Part shown: positions 1 to 10,475 of the stretch, one piece after another
How the letters are laid out: each line of letters begins with the position of its first letter
How positions within the stretch are numbered: position 1 is the first letter of the stretch
Source of the DNA: an uncultured bacterium
GTDB taxonomy: Bacteria > Chloroflexota > UBA5177 > JANWHV01
Assembly: GCA_963729625.1 (NCBI GenBank)
Contig: CAVSOU010000010.1
Span: 416,001 to 480,000, forward strand
Length of the DNA: 64,000 nucleotides
Direction of reading: 5' to 3'
Made by a program: the position numbers and the translations under genes
Notes under the pieces: generated by a model
Told to the model about the DNA's origin: nothing
Databases searched by the model: none
What the model saw: only the letters and a program-made list of their open reading frames with translations

Positions 1-2
1 GT

Positions 3-212
3 GGCGTTACGCTCTACGGCTTCATCCTCTTCTATGAGGTACAGAGCAAGCCGGCAGCCGCGGGTTTGGCGCGGCTAGCACGGCTGGTGCAGGACGGGCG
101 GCTCCGGCCGCTGATCACGGTGGAAGAGCCGTGGGAGAAGGTGGCAGACGTGGCGCAGCAACTGGTAAATCGGCGCTATGCCGGCAAGGCTGTGCTCCTC
201 GTCGCGCGGTAG
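3..212 (+). CDS. C-terminal end of a zinc-binding/MDR-family oxidoreductase (5'-partial)
   Basis: Frame 3 reads GVTLYGFILFYE...GLARLARLVQDGRLRPLI...VAQQLVNRRYAGKAVLLVAR*; the ...GKAVL end is typical of MDR enzymes. Confidence 0.75.
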   Translation, partial: GVTLYGFILFYEVQSKPAAAGLARLARLVQDGRLRPLITVEEPWEKVADVAQQLVNRRYAGKAVLLVAR

Positions 213-340
213 CAAGGCTGGGCGGAAGCGCGGGGCTGAGTCCACGCAGCGATCCTGAAGCTGTTCGGGCGACGGCTGGTGTAGTGGGCCGGCACCTCTT
301 GTACGCGGGCCTGCGTGAGCCGCCAGCGACTGCGCACTTG

Positions 341-871
341 CTAGCCGGACGCTAGACGAGTGGTGCGCCAGGGTCGGGCGTGACCCCAAGAGCATCGAGC
401 GCTGACGCGCGCACGGCTAAGCGGCTCGGCAGTGGCGGCCGCCAGCAGCATGCCGGGGAATCGCGCATCGATTTGCGCTTGCAACGCGGCCTGATCGGCT
501 TGGTAATGCTCGGCTTGCTTGAACAGCCGGTAATTTTGCCAGGACTGCCGAATCAGTGCCACGACATCAGGAATCTCGACAGGTACGTTCCTCTTGCTGG
601 GATCGTAGTCGAGCACCGCGCGATAGCCAAGGTTTTCCGCCTGCGTAATCTCGCGTTCGGCGTCGAGCACGTGCACAAGACTGGGCAATTGCGCAGATGA
701 GATGGTGTTCAAGGTCAAGTGGGCTGAGACCAAGCCGCGGAGGCCGGCGCCCCCGATCAGTCCGGCAAGGCCGAGCAACAGCAGCTGCAGGATGAGCCGT
801 GGCGAGCGAAAGATGTGCACCAGGTACCGCACCGCCTTACCTCGCCAACGCTCCGCACGCGACGTCGTCAC
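341..871 (-). CDS. Membrane-anchored four-helix-bundle (4HB_MCP-like) sensor domain; possibly a truncated receptor
   Basis: One TM (LILQLLLLGLAGLIGGAGL) followed by LNTISSAQLPSLVHV and amphipathic helices, as in 4HB chemoreceptor ligand-binding domains; no second TM or output domain. Confidence 0.55.
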   Translation of the reverse strand: MTTSRAERWRGKAVRYLVHIFRSPRLILQLLLLGLAGLIGGAGLRGLVSAHLTLNTISSAQLPSLVHVLDAEREITQAENLGYRAVLDYDPSKRNVPVEIPDVVALIRQSWQNYRLFKQAEHYQADQAALQAQIDARFPGMLLAAATAEPLSRARVSARCSWGHARPWRTTRLASG

Positions 872-907
872 CGGATATCGGTGATCTGCTCACCGGAAGC
901 CGCATGT

Positions 908-1912
908 TCACGCGTCATCAATCATCAGGTAGACCAGTGTCTGATTGACCAGTTGATAGGCTATCTCCCCGAACGTGATGGGTCCGCTCAGGCCTACCTG
1001 CTTCCCTTCCAGCTCGCCATACAGGTAATTGAGGATGCAGTTGCAGGCGAACGCCGCACCGGCTGCGTCAGCCGGCACCGCGGCCTTGAACGCCGCCGCA
1101 TAGTCGCCAATCGGCCGCGCCAGGCGATAGTCCATGCCGGCGAACACGGGCGCATAACAGGTGACCGTCCCGTGCTGAGCATCGACTCCCTGGAAACTGG
1201 TATTGATCAAGGCCCCATGGTAGTTGGCGACCAGCGGCAAGCGTGTATCGGCTGCACACTCGGCGAGATAGGTAGCAAAGGAGCGTTCCACGCCGTTCAC
1301 CAGACACGTGGTGATCGTGAATCCGGTCTGCGGAAACCGCAACACGTCGCCCTCGCCCGGGCAAAAGATGTTGACTATCTCCACGCTCGCCCTGCGGTGT
1401 GCCGGCAGCGTGATATGCATGACCACGGCCTGTGAGTCACTCAGCGTTCCGGACAGCCCATCGATGACCTTGGGTGTGACAACGCCGATCTGGTCGAGCG
1501 CGGAACCGGACACCCAGCCGATGATGGGCGAGAAGAAGAGGCCCGCGTAGCTCGCCGCCTCCTCCGCATAGCGCCGATGTACCGCGGAACCCGCCGGCAG
1601 GATCAGCACGCTGAAGCCATTTCCCGGCGCGTCGGCAGCGATGTGGGGCAGCATGGCCTCGTCGTAGAGACAGATGGAGCAATCCTCGACGCCCGGGAGT
1701 TCGGTGACCAGTACGCGATCCTCCGCGTAACACCCGCCGACATCGGCCATGAAATAGGGGATCGTGCCGCCGACCCACCGCCCGGATGGCAGCTGCCGCA
1801 ACGCTGCCTCGCTCGCGGCGAGCAGCAGCGGGACTCCGGCGCGAATCCGCTCGCCTGCTTCGTCGGTGGTGACCAGTGTCGTCCGCGCGCCGATGCCAGA
1901 TAGCGTACTCAA
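908..1912 (-). CDS. DUF6976-family (FIST-like) protein
   Basis: Motifs WVGGTIPYFM, PIIGWVSG, LPLVANYHGALINTSF and FACNCILNYLYGELEGK...GPITFGEIAYQLVNQTLVYL; AGGAG upstream. Confidence 0.8.
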   Translation of the reverse strand: MSTLSGIGARTTLVTTDEAGERIRAGVPLLLAASEAALRQLPSGRWVGGTIPYFMADVGGCYAEDRVLVTELPGVEDCSICLYDEAMLPHIAADAPGNGFSVLILPAGSAVHRRYAEEAASYAGLFFSPIIGWVSGSALDQIGVVTPKVIDGLSGTLSDSQAVVMHITLPAHRRASVEIVNIFCPGEGDVLRFPQTGFTITTCLVNGVERSFATYLAECAADTRLPLVANYHGALINTSFQGVDAQHGTVTCYAPVFAGMDYRLARPIGDYAAAFKAAVPADAAGAAFACNCILNYLYGELEGKQVGLSGPITFGEIAYQLVNQTLVYLMIDDA

Positions 1913-1924
1913 GGCTTCACTCCT

Positions 1925-2158
1925 TCACTTTGCGGCACTGGCCAGCCGCGTCAGGTCGCCGGCAACCAGCTTCTCGAACTTCTGGCAGAAGGCATGGAGT
2001 TCCGCCGCGCGTCGCCCAACGTTCGCCAGGGACGGATCCTCCTGCACGCTGGCGGTGAGGCGCGTCAGCAGCATGCGTGCTGACATCGGGGTCGGGGTAA
2101 ACGGGACAGCTCCGGTGACGATCGCGCGCCAGCGTGGGTCATCGACAGGTGGCAGCAT
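1925..2158 (-). CDS. Small (77 aa) helical protein co-transcribed with DUF6976
   Basis: MLPPVDDPRWRAIVTG...; GAAAGGAG RBS just upstream of the ATG at 2158; ends 12 nt before the DUF6976 start. Confidence 0.75.
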   Translation of the reverse strand: MLPPVDDPRWRAIVTGAVPFTPTPMSARMLLTRLTASVQEDPSLANVGRRAAELHAFCQKFEKLVAGDLTRLASAAK

Positions 2159-2861
2159 GGGGCTCCTTTCGATCCGGATAGCCGCCGGCCGGAGGCATCG
2201 CCTGGATGGCACGCACCATGTCCCTGTGCGCCTGGACTGCGCCGCCTCCGAGGCTGCACGGCATTCGACTACTACAAGTGTATTGGTCAGCCTTCCCGCA
2301 TTTACTCTATACAAGCGACTTCGCGAAAGGAAATAGCCCGATCGGAAACGGCTCGGCTATGGGAGTCGGCTACTGGCCTGCGGCGCAAGCTGGTTCTCTC
2401 GGTGCGCTGCTGCGGTCCCGCGCGTTCAACCGGCCAGCCGCCAACGAACCCGTCGCCAATGCCGGCACCCCGGTCGTGCGCGTGTGCTCCATCTTCCCGC
2501 ATCATCGCACTGCGGCATCGATGCTGCGAGCCGTGTCCGTGGTATGGGCACGGAGTTCGCGCCGTGACCGCAGGCGCGCGCTCCTCAGGACCGTCGAGGA
2601 AGAGATCATTGAGGAGCGAGGCAGCGCGGAGAACACAGCATGGAAGAAGAGACCGAATCTTCCGACGGCACCTATGGTGCGAATTCGTCGTGTTTGTTTG
2701 AATCCGGTACCGAAAGAACCCTGAAGAAGTCGGCAATCCTGACGATCAGGAATAGAGGTGGAAGCGAAGAACCTTGGAGATGCCACAGAGCTCGGCACAT
2801 GGCAGGCACCGGGGGCGTCGAGTAGTCGCCATACACGATTCACGAAGGGGACGGGGAGATT

Positions 2862-4427
2862 ATGGCCTGGACTCGAAATCTGCAACTCTCGATATGGCTG
2901 ACGGGCGGCTACGCCGCTATGGCGGCGCTGGGTTTTCTAGCGCAAGGGGCGGGCTACGCGGGGCTGGCACTGGCCATCGTCCTGGCGCTGGGCTGCGGCT
3001 GGGCCAGCGCTCGTTCCATGAGGCGACCGTTCGACGAGGTGCAACGGATTGCGCGCGCGTGCGGGACTGTCGGCCTGGCAAGGCTCGCCCTAGGCATGGC
3101 CGCGCTTGCCAAAGGAGACCTGACCGTGTCTCTGCACTCCAGCATCGAGGGTCCCACGTATGTCGGCACGAATGAGATTGGTCGAATGGCCGATGCCGTG
3201 CGCGAGATCATCGCCCATGGTCGCACCGCGCTACAGGCGTACGAAGAAGCACGCACGCAGTTGCACGAGCTCATTGGTCAGGTGGGCCGGCACGCGCAGG
3301 AGGTGGACCATGGCGCGACAGCGCTTGCAAGGGCGACCCAGCAGATTGGACAGGCCAGCACCCAGGTCGCATGCGTCATCGGGGAGGTCGCGCACGGCGC
3401 CGCGGAGCAGAATAGATGCGCTGGCACGATGATGGAGACGGTGAGCGCGCTGGACGCAGCCGTGCGACAGGTGGCCGATGGCGCGGTCCAACAGGCCGCG
3501 GCTGCCGGGCCGCTCCTGGCGGCCTTGACGGGTATGAGCACGGCGGTTGCCGCCGCGAACGAGAGCCTGGAAGCGGTGACGAAGGCTGCCACCCAGGCCT
3601 CGCGCACCGCGCAGGACGGAGGACCGGTCATCGACCAGACGGTCACCAGCATCGCTGCTGTGCGCTCGGCCGTGCAGCAGAGTGCCCAGCAGGTCGAAGC
3701 ACTTGGTCAGCGCAGCGCGGAGATTGGGCAGATCGTCGAGACCATCGACGACATCGCCGCACAAACGAACCTGCTGGCGTTGAACGCCGCCATCGAAGCC
3801 GCTCGTGCCGGCGAGCACGGAAAAGGCTTCACGGTGGTGGCAGCGGAGGTGCGCAAGCTGGCCGAGCGGTCAAGCAACGAGACCAAAGCGATCGCCGGGC
3901 GCGTCCGGTCCATCCAACTGCAGGTGAGTGACGTGGTGGCGGCCATGCACGCAGCGAGCGCAGCGGTCACGGAAACGGCCCAGCTGGGCGAGCAGACACG
4001 CACGACCCTGCGTAACATCGTCACGGTCGTGGATGGTACCAGGAACCAGGTGCAGCGCATCGGCGCGGCGACGGAGGAGATCGGACGGCAGGTCGGCACG
4101 GTCACGGAGATGGGCCGGAAGAGCAACCAGATCGCCGAAAGCACCAGGCAAGCCACCGCCGTGATGCGGGAACGCTGTGAGCACTTAAGCCAACAGATAG
4201 AGAACACCGCGGCGGTGAGTGAAGAGGGTGCGGCAAGCGCGGCCGAGGTCAGCGCGTCAACAGAGGAGCAATCCGCCAGCGTGGAACAGATGAGTGCCGG
4301 AGCGCAGGAGTTAGCAGCACTCGCGACGGGGCTCGAGGAGCTAGTTGGGCAGTTCACCCTGGACAGTTCGCGCGCACCGTCGCAAACCCTCAACACGCAG
4401 GAAGCTTGGCTGATGCGGGTGGTCTGA
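2862..4427 (+). CDS. Methyl-accepting chemotaxis protein lacking an extracellular ligand-binding domain
   Basis: Two closely spaced TMs, a HAMP-like segment ([10 protein letters not shown]) and the hairpin tip [40 protein letters not shown]; GGAG RBS. Confidence 0.95.
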   Translation: MAWTRNLQLSIWLTGGYAAMAALGFLAQGAGYAGLALAIVLALGCGWASARSMRRPFDEVQRIARACGTVGLARLALGMAALAKGDLTVSLHSSIEGPTYVGTNEIGRMADAVREIIAHGRTALQAYEEARTQLHELIGQVGRHAQEVDHGATALARATQQIGQASTQVACVIGEVAHGAAEQNRCAGTMMETVSALDAAVRQVADGAVQQAAAAGPLLAALTGMSTAVAAANESLEAVTKAATQASRTAQDGGPVIDQTVTSIAAVRSAVQQSAQQVEALGQRSAEIGQIVETIDDIAAQTNLLALNAAIEAARAGEHGKGFTVVAAEVRKLAERSSNETKAIAGRVRSIQLQVSDVVAAMHAASAAVTETAQLGEQTRTTLRNIVTVVDGTRNQVQRIGAATEEIGRQVGTVTEMGRKSNQIAESTRQATAVMRERCEHLSQQIENTAAVSEEGAASAAEVSASTEEQSASVEQMSAGAQELAALATGLEELVGQFTLDSSRAPSQTLNTQEAWLMRVV

Positions 4428-5027
4428 CGGCAAGACGCCACGCGTCCCCGCTTGGCACGTGCACAACGGGCCGAGGATCGTGTTGGACGCGCCGTTGTGC
4501 GGGACTTGACGCGTGTAGCATTGTTTGCAGTCGTGGTTTGGCGTGATCGCGCCGTGTACTGTTGCCATCAGTCAACGAGACGTGAGGGGGATTGACCTCA
4601 TGGTGAACGCTTAGTCTGACCTGCCACAGCCCACGATCGGTATTCTCAGTCCTGTGCTCGGTGACGAGTTCTTCGGTGAAGTGGCCATTGGCATATACCA
4701 CACGGTGCATCGAGCAGGCGGGCGGGAACGGCGCAACTCATGCCATCACTGGTTCAGGTCGATACGCCACACGGCTATGGACAGAAGCAGTTCCGCTTGG
4801 CGTACTTTAGTTGCCGCTTCGTCAAATGGCCCGATATAGAGCCTTAGAAGGGTAGCAGCTTGTAACTTGGCGAACCCCGTCACCGGTACCGGGCAGACCC
4901 GCGAGGCGTCGCCAGACTGGCTAGCAAGAGCGGGCCCCCTCGTCCGGGTGATGTGTCGGTCAGGCGTCACGCCTACTATTGGGTTGGAGCGCGGACGTAT
5001 CGCTAAGGAAGTGTGGCCAATACCAAT

Positions 5028-5300
5028 GCCGGCTGGGGGTCGTAGGCAGCGCCCACAGCGACCGTGAAATAGCAGGTAGCGAAGGTAGTGAACGGAGAAA
5101 CAATCGTGAGTGCACAGGGGAAGAATCGATCATTGCCGGTGCTCTGGCGCCAGATCGCCGTGTTGGCCCTGGTAATTCTTGGCACAGGCCTCTTCATCAG
5201 CCAGCCGGCACATGGCCTGGGCGGCACCAATACGGCAGCATGCGCAACATGTCACGTCGACAAGCCGTCCGCCGGCTGGGGGTCGTAGGGGCCACAGCGA
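5028..5300 (+). repeat. Direct repeat GCCGGCTGGGGGTCGTAGG (5028-5046, 5271-5289), each followed closely by CCACAGCGA
   Basis: 19-nt identical copies 243 nt apart; both encode A-G-W-G-S-stop. Confidence 0.85.
5106..5288 (+). CDS. Small secreted peptide precursor (60 aa) with CxxCH and C-terminal AGWGS
   Basis: GGAG RBS 8 nt before GTG 5106; basic N-region, hydrophobic core IAVLALVILGTGLFI, PAHG cleavage-like site, then LGGTNTAACATCHVDKPSAGWGS. Confidence 0.65.
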   Translation: MSAQGKNRSLPVLWRQIAVLALVILGTGLFISQPAHGLGGTNTAACATCHVDKPSAGWGS

Positions 5301-5449
5301 GCAACTGCAGTGGTTGGGTGCGCGGCTCCCGGCCGAAACAGTGTTAGTGTGCTGAATGGGACATCACGGGGCGCGGCGCACGCCGCGCCCCGTCCATGAG
5401 GGGCCCAGTAGGCCGCCACGGCCTCGGGCAACTCGACAGGTCCCGCCGG

Positions 5450-5630
5450 CTCGCCGTCGAAGCGCGCCCATTGCGGCCCGGCGTAGGCGATGACGTTTGC
5501 ATACCGCGGGCTGTCGCCTTTGCGCCCTTCGCGCGTGGAGTGCAGCCGTCCCCGCACGAAGCGCAGCGGCAGCGCCCACATGTCCACGAACCACGCCGTA
5601 TCCGTGCGGACGTTCGTGAGCAACGGCGAA
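5450..5630 (-). pseudogene. Fragment resembling the C-terminal half of a phage-type DNA N6-adenine methyltransferase (Dam, PF05869-like)
   Basis: LLTNVRTDTAWF...LRFVRGRL...NVIAYAGPQWARF resembles the ARTDTxWF...FIRGRLxF motif; no NPPY half is visible. Confidence 0.5.
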
Positions 5631-5855
5631 CAGTCTGCCGGCCAGCGCGCCTTAACGCACGTGCCGATGCTGCGGATCGCCTCGCTCCAAGTGGTCTTTA
5701 CTATCTTCGGCGCTGACCAGCAGCTGGCAGTTCGTGTTGACACCTACAGATCCGCCGAAGTCTGCCGATAGACATGATCAAGGCTGCCTATAGGCGTTGT
5801 CCGCACGCAGGGCGCGTGCGGCGGGGCACCATGACTCAGAAGTGATAATAACCGC

Positions 5856-8800
5856 GTGATTGCCGAAGAGCTGAACGAGCCTCGCAACATGGAGGTGGAG
5901 GCAGGGTCTCCGCCGGCGGCGCCTCGTGACGGCCAAGACGCCGACTGGATTGGCAGACGTCGCCGCCCCAGCCGGCGCACGGTCGCAGCCGCAGGCATTG
6001 GGTCACGGTGTAGCGGGTCCGCTCCCGCGCGTGCTCTGCCACGATTGGTCCGGCAGCCGGTCACTGTGCCGCGAGGCGCGCTGGACTCCACCGCCGCGGC
6101 CGGCTCGGCAGGACGCTCCGATCCGGCCGGGCCGGTTGTCGTGCGCCGACACGTGTCCCTCCCTGCCCTGGCGCTCCGGCTCTGGCCGTGGCTGGTGATG
6201 GCCGCGCTCTTCAACGGCGCCCTCGTGGCTGTTCTCGTGCTCAGGCCCGGCGGCTATGCGCTGGACAACGCAATTGACGATCTGGTGTCGATAGCGGCTC
6301 CGCTGCTGGTGCTGCCGCTATGCTGGGGTAGCCGTGATACAGCTCGCACGCCTGCATTGGGCCGGTTTCCGCTGCTGATCGGGCTGGGGCTGCTAAGCCA
6401 GGCCCTCGGCGAAGCAGTCTGGACCGGGTACGATTTGGTTCTCCATTCGCAGGTACCGTCGCCGTCTTGGGCGGACCTGGGCTATCTGGGCGTCTATCCG
6501 CTCTGGCTGGCGGCCATCCTGGCGCTGCCCAGCAGTCCCCTCTCCCGGTCCGCGCGTACCCGCGCCGTCCTGGATGGTCTCATGGCGGTGATCGCCGCCG
6601 CAACTGTGAGCTGGTCCTTCATCCTCGGACCGACGATCCTCTCAGGCGATGCGACGCTGGCCAGCAAGCTGGTCAGTGCCGCTTATCCGCTGGGGGATCT
6701 CCTGCTACTGGCGAGCCTGTGCGTTCTGGCTGTTCGCAATCACGACCCATCGCTGCGCATCCCCTTGGCGCTCCTCGCCGCAGGGCTGGGTGTCTGGACC
6801 ATTACCGACACCGTCTACCTCTACCAGACCGTACAGGGCATGTATGACTCTATGCAGCTGCTCGACGCCGGCTGGCCGATCGCCGAAATGCTCATCGGGC
6901 TGGCGGTGGGCGCCGTGCGTGTCACCTCCGTGCGCCGGCCCAGTGCTGTCATAGCCGGGGCCGGGGATGGCTCCGCTGGGGACGCCACGCCAAGCTGCGC
7001 AGTTGACCCCAACCCGCCGGGAGAACCGGAAGAGCCGCCGACGGCACCGGTTCGTCTGCTCCTGCCCTACGCGCTCATGCCGGCTGTGGCGCTGCTGCTC
7101 GTGGTCGCCTGGCGAGGTGGTGACGATCCCCGCCTGCGAGCAGGGGTGGTGGCGGGCAGCGTGGTGCTCATCGGGCTGCTGCTGTTCCGGCAGGTACTGG
7201 CGCTACTGGAGCAGGCACGACTTTATGCCGCGCTGCGCCATGCGCACCGAGAGCAGGAGTGTCTGCACGAGATCAGCCGGCAGCTCAACGCGGCGACCAG
7301 CCTCGACGACGTGCTCGACATCGCCTATGACGGCCTGCGCACCGGGCTGGGCTACGATCGCGTCGGTATCGACCTCATCGACTACGAAGCGGGCATCTAC
7401 CGGGAAGCGCGTGGGACGGACGACCTAGGGCGCAAGACCATCCCCGTGGACCGCGCGACCCCGTTGGGTCCGGACAGTATCGTCTGGCGCCTCCCCGGCA
7501 TTTCCAATCTCCTGGATGGAGCCCGACTGTACTTCTCGGAGAACGTCCTGGACGAGTGTCCGGAGGATTCTGCGGTACGTGCTGGATGGGCCGTCGACGC
7601 AGAACCTGATGGCCCCGCTCCGGGCCGGAGACCGGCTCGTGGGCACCATCTCGGTCGATAACCTGCTCAGCGGCCGGCCGGTGTCCGCCGCGACCGCCGG
7701 TCCCTTGCTGGCCCTGTGCAACCACGTCGCCACCGCCGTCGAGCGTGCCCGCTTGCGCGAGCGCGAGCTGGCCGAGCACGGGCGCCTTGAGGTGATGGCC
7801 ACCACCGACACCCTCACCCACCTGCCCAACCGCGTCCTCTTGCAGCGCCGCCTCGACCAGGGCCTGGCCGACGCCGCCCTGGCAGGCAAGCCCCTGGCCC
7901 TGCTGGTGATGGATCTCGACCGCTTCAAAGAGATCAACGATACGCTCGGCCACCACTGTGGCGATCAGCTCTTGCAACAGATTGGGCCGCGCATCACCAG
8001 CCTCTTGCGCGACTCGGACACCGTGGCGCGCCTGGGCGGCGACGAGTTCGCCGTGATCCTCCCATCGGCCGGAGTGGCTGACGCGCTTCGCCTTGCCTGG
8101 ACCATCCGTAACGCACTTGAGGAGCCGTTCCTGGTGGAGCAGCACGCGCTTGACGTGGGGATCAGCATCGGCGTGGCCGCCTACCCGGATCATGGTGCGC
8201 ACAGCGCCACATTGCTGCGCTGCGCCGACGTGGCCATGTACGCGGCCAAACGCGCGCGCAGCGGCGTGGCGGTTTATGCCCAGGGTGAGGACGGCCATAG
8301 CGTGACCCGGCTGACCATGGCCAGCGACCTGCGCATCGCCATCGCGGCCGGTCAGCTCGTCCTGCACTACCAGCCGCTTCGGCTGACCCGCGATGGGCGC
8401 TTCACGCGTGTGGAGGCCCTCGTGCGCTGGCTACACCCGGTCCATGGCCTGATGCCGCCCGACAGCTTCATCCCCTTGGCGGAGCACACGGGGCTGATAG
8501 TCCCCCTCACCGAGTGGGTGCTTCGTACCGCGCTGCGCCAGTGCCGCGCGTGGAGCCTGCGAGGGCAGGAGCTCGGCGTGCAGGTGAACCTTTCGATGCA
8601 CAACCTGCACGACCGAACGCTGCCGGACCTGATCCAGGCATTGCTGCAGGAGACAGGGGTCGCTCCCGCGCTGCTCACGCTGGAGATCACCGAGAGTGCC
8701 CTGATGACCGATCCGGCGCGTGCGCTCGAGGTGCTCGCACGGCTGGCCGGGATCGGGGTGCGACTCTCCATCGACGACTTCGGGACCGGCTACTCGTCGC

Positions 8801-9240
8801 TGGCCTACCTCAAGCGGCTGCCGGTGGATGAGGTCAAGATCGACCGTTCCTTTGTGCGGGACCTGAATGTCGCCTGCGATCCGGGGAGTATCCGCGACAA
8901 CGCCATCGTGCGCACGGTGATCGCCATGGCCCACGCGCTTGGCCTGGAAGTGGTGGCCGAAGGCGTGGAGTCACGGGAGGCGTGTTCACTCCTGGAAGCG
9001 ATGCAGTGCGATACCACCCAGGGCTACTACCACACCAAGCCGCTGCCGGTCACGGAGCTGGACCGGTGGCTCAACGAATGGGCCCAAGGGGCTCATGCAC
9101 TGGAGAACACGGCCAGGCATGCGTCGCCAAGGGCCTCCTGTGAAACGGGACCAAACCTGACGTCGCACAGATCGGGGGCGTGGCGCCGAGCGCGGCGGAG
9201 TCATGGGACGAGAGGTCGGAGACTCCTGTGTCGGGAGTAG
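5856..9240 (+). pseudogene. Multi-TM sensor-GAF-GGDEF-EAL c-di-GMP enzyme split by a single frameshift near 7569
   Basis: ORF 5856-7661 has many TMs and the start of a GAF domain; ORF 7516-9240 has the rest of the GAF, RLGGDEF, VEALVRW and IDDFGTGYSSL. Removing one T in GAT-T-CTG (7566-7572) joins the frames. Start codon uncertain. Confidence 0.85.
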
Positions 9241-9552
9241 TGGCCGGCGTCGGTGCAGTCGCTTGCCACGTCGAAGCCTGTTGGTTGGGCTGGTGCACCC
9301 AGCCCGCATAGAAGCGGCTATACAGCGTGCACCGCGCGGTATCGCGCGTGAACAGCCGATGTCGCCATCATTGCTATTGCTGCCGCGGCCCACGCTTCGG
9401 GCGGCTGCCCGTGACACTCTGCCCGCAGCGCGTTAAGGTCGTCCGTCAAGGCACACGCGCACGCCAGGTCCTGCACCCCCCAGGACCTGGCGCGGCGGTT
9501 GTGCTTGATGCAGGTTATGGCGTGCCGCTGATCGTGAGTTCCGGCACAGTGT

Positions 9553-9912
9553 TCATCGGCCCACCCCGGAGGACAGGTAGGCGGTAACGAAGAGCTGGGC
9601 AATGACCGTATAGCCGGCATGCGTAGGGTGGATATCCGGCTGCGATCCGCACATGTTTGTGAGCGCGCAGAGCACCTGTGGTTGCGGTTTCCACGTATTG
9701 AATGGCACGTAGGCGTTTGCGAGCCTCGCACCGGCAACAGCCGCAGCGCTGGCCAGTGCAGAGTTCAGCGCGCCGACGACTTGCGTGGATGCGCTGGAGA
9801 GGACAGCGAATGGGTTGTACAGCTGCAGCACGACAATCGTCGAGGTGGGAGAAGCTGCTCGGAGGGTGAGCAGGATCTGCGCCATGTTGGCGGAGAGTTC
9901 GCATGCCTGCAT
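9553..9912 (-). pseudogene. C-terminal fragment of an SGNH/GDSL hydrolase
   Basis: LYNPF and DIHPTHAGY (block V DxHP) are present; the N-terminal GDS block is absent. Confidence 0.7.
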
Positions 9913-10289
9913 ACACCCCTGATTAGTTGTCTCCTACTTTGGCACCCGCAGCACCGCGATCAGCAAGGCTAGTGGTCTGTGATGCCTCTATTGACTGGTA
10001 GCGTGGCGGTTAGTACGGTGGTTGCATGCTATCCGCGGTCCAGCCACTCGACGAGCGGCGTGGCTGAGGACGTCCCGAGGGCTGGCTTTGAGGCGACGCC
10101 GGGGAATGCGCTATGCCCCCATCCGGGTGGTCCCCATTCGGGTATCAGTGACACGCCATGGACTGTGCAACAATATGGGTGAGAGACGGAAGCAGTCCTC
10201 ACCGCTTGGGACTGTTAGAGGCCTTTCGGATAAGCACAAGGAGCGGTTCTGTCGTGGACTTTGAGGCGAATCAGACGCGGCATTTCGAC

Positions 10290-10475
10290 GCATTCCGGCC
10301 GGCGGCAGTCAGATTCGAGCAGTGGTTCGCACGACTGCTCGAGATGCCCTATAGGCAAGGTCTGGTTCAGTATGCGCTGGTCCTTGCCTTGCTCGCGATA
10401 GTCAGATGGTGGCTCGTGAGCACGCTCGGCCCCGCATGTCGACTACCCTGAAGACCGCATCCAACACCTTGAAGC
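10290..10475 (+). pseudogene. Degenerate Flp/Fap (type IVb) pilin
   Basis: RQGLVQYALVLALLAIV...STLGP resembles GQGLVEYALILALIAIV; a Flp-like tail MSTTLKTASNTLK lies in another frame. Confidence 0.6.

Noticed and set aside
2302-2736. 144-aa minus-strand ORF in the divergent gap
   Set aside because: No RBS, no motif and atypical composition; left unannotated.
4440-4970. Minus-strand ORFs 4390-4710 and 4746-4970 (weakly helical/TPR-like) as a possible peptide-receptor remnant
   Set aside because: Too short and no convincing motif; needs a profile search.
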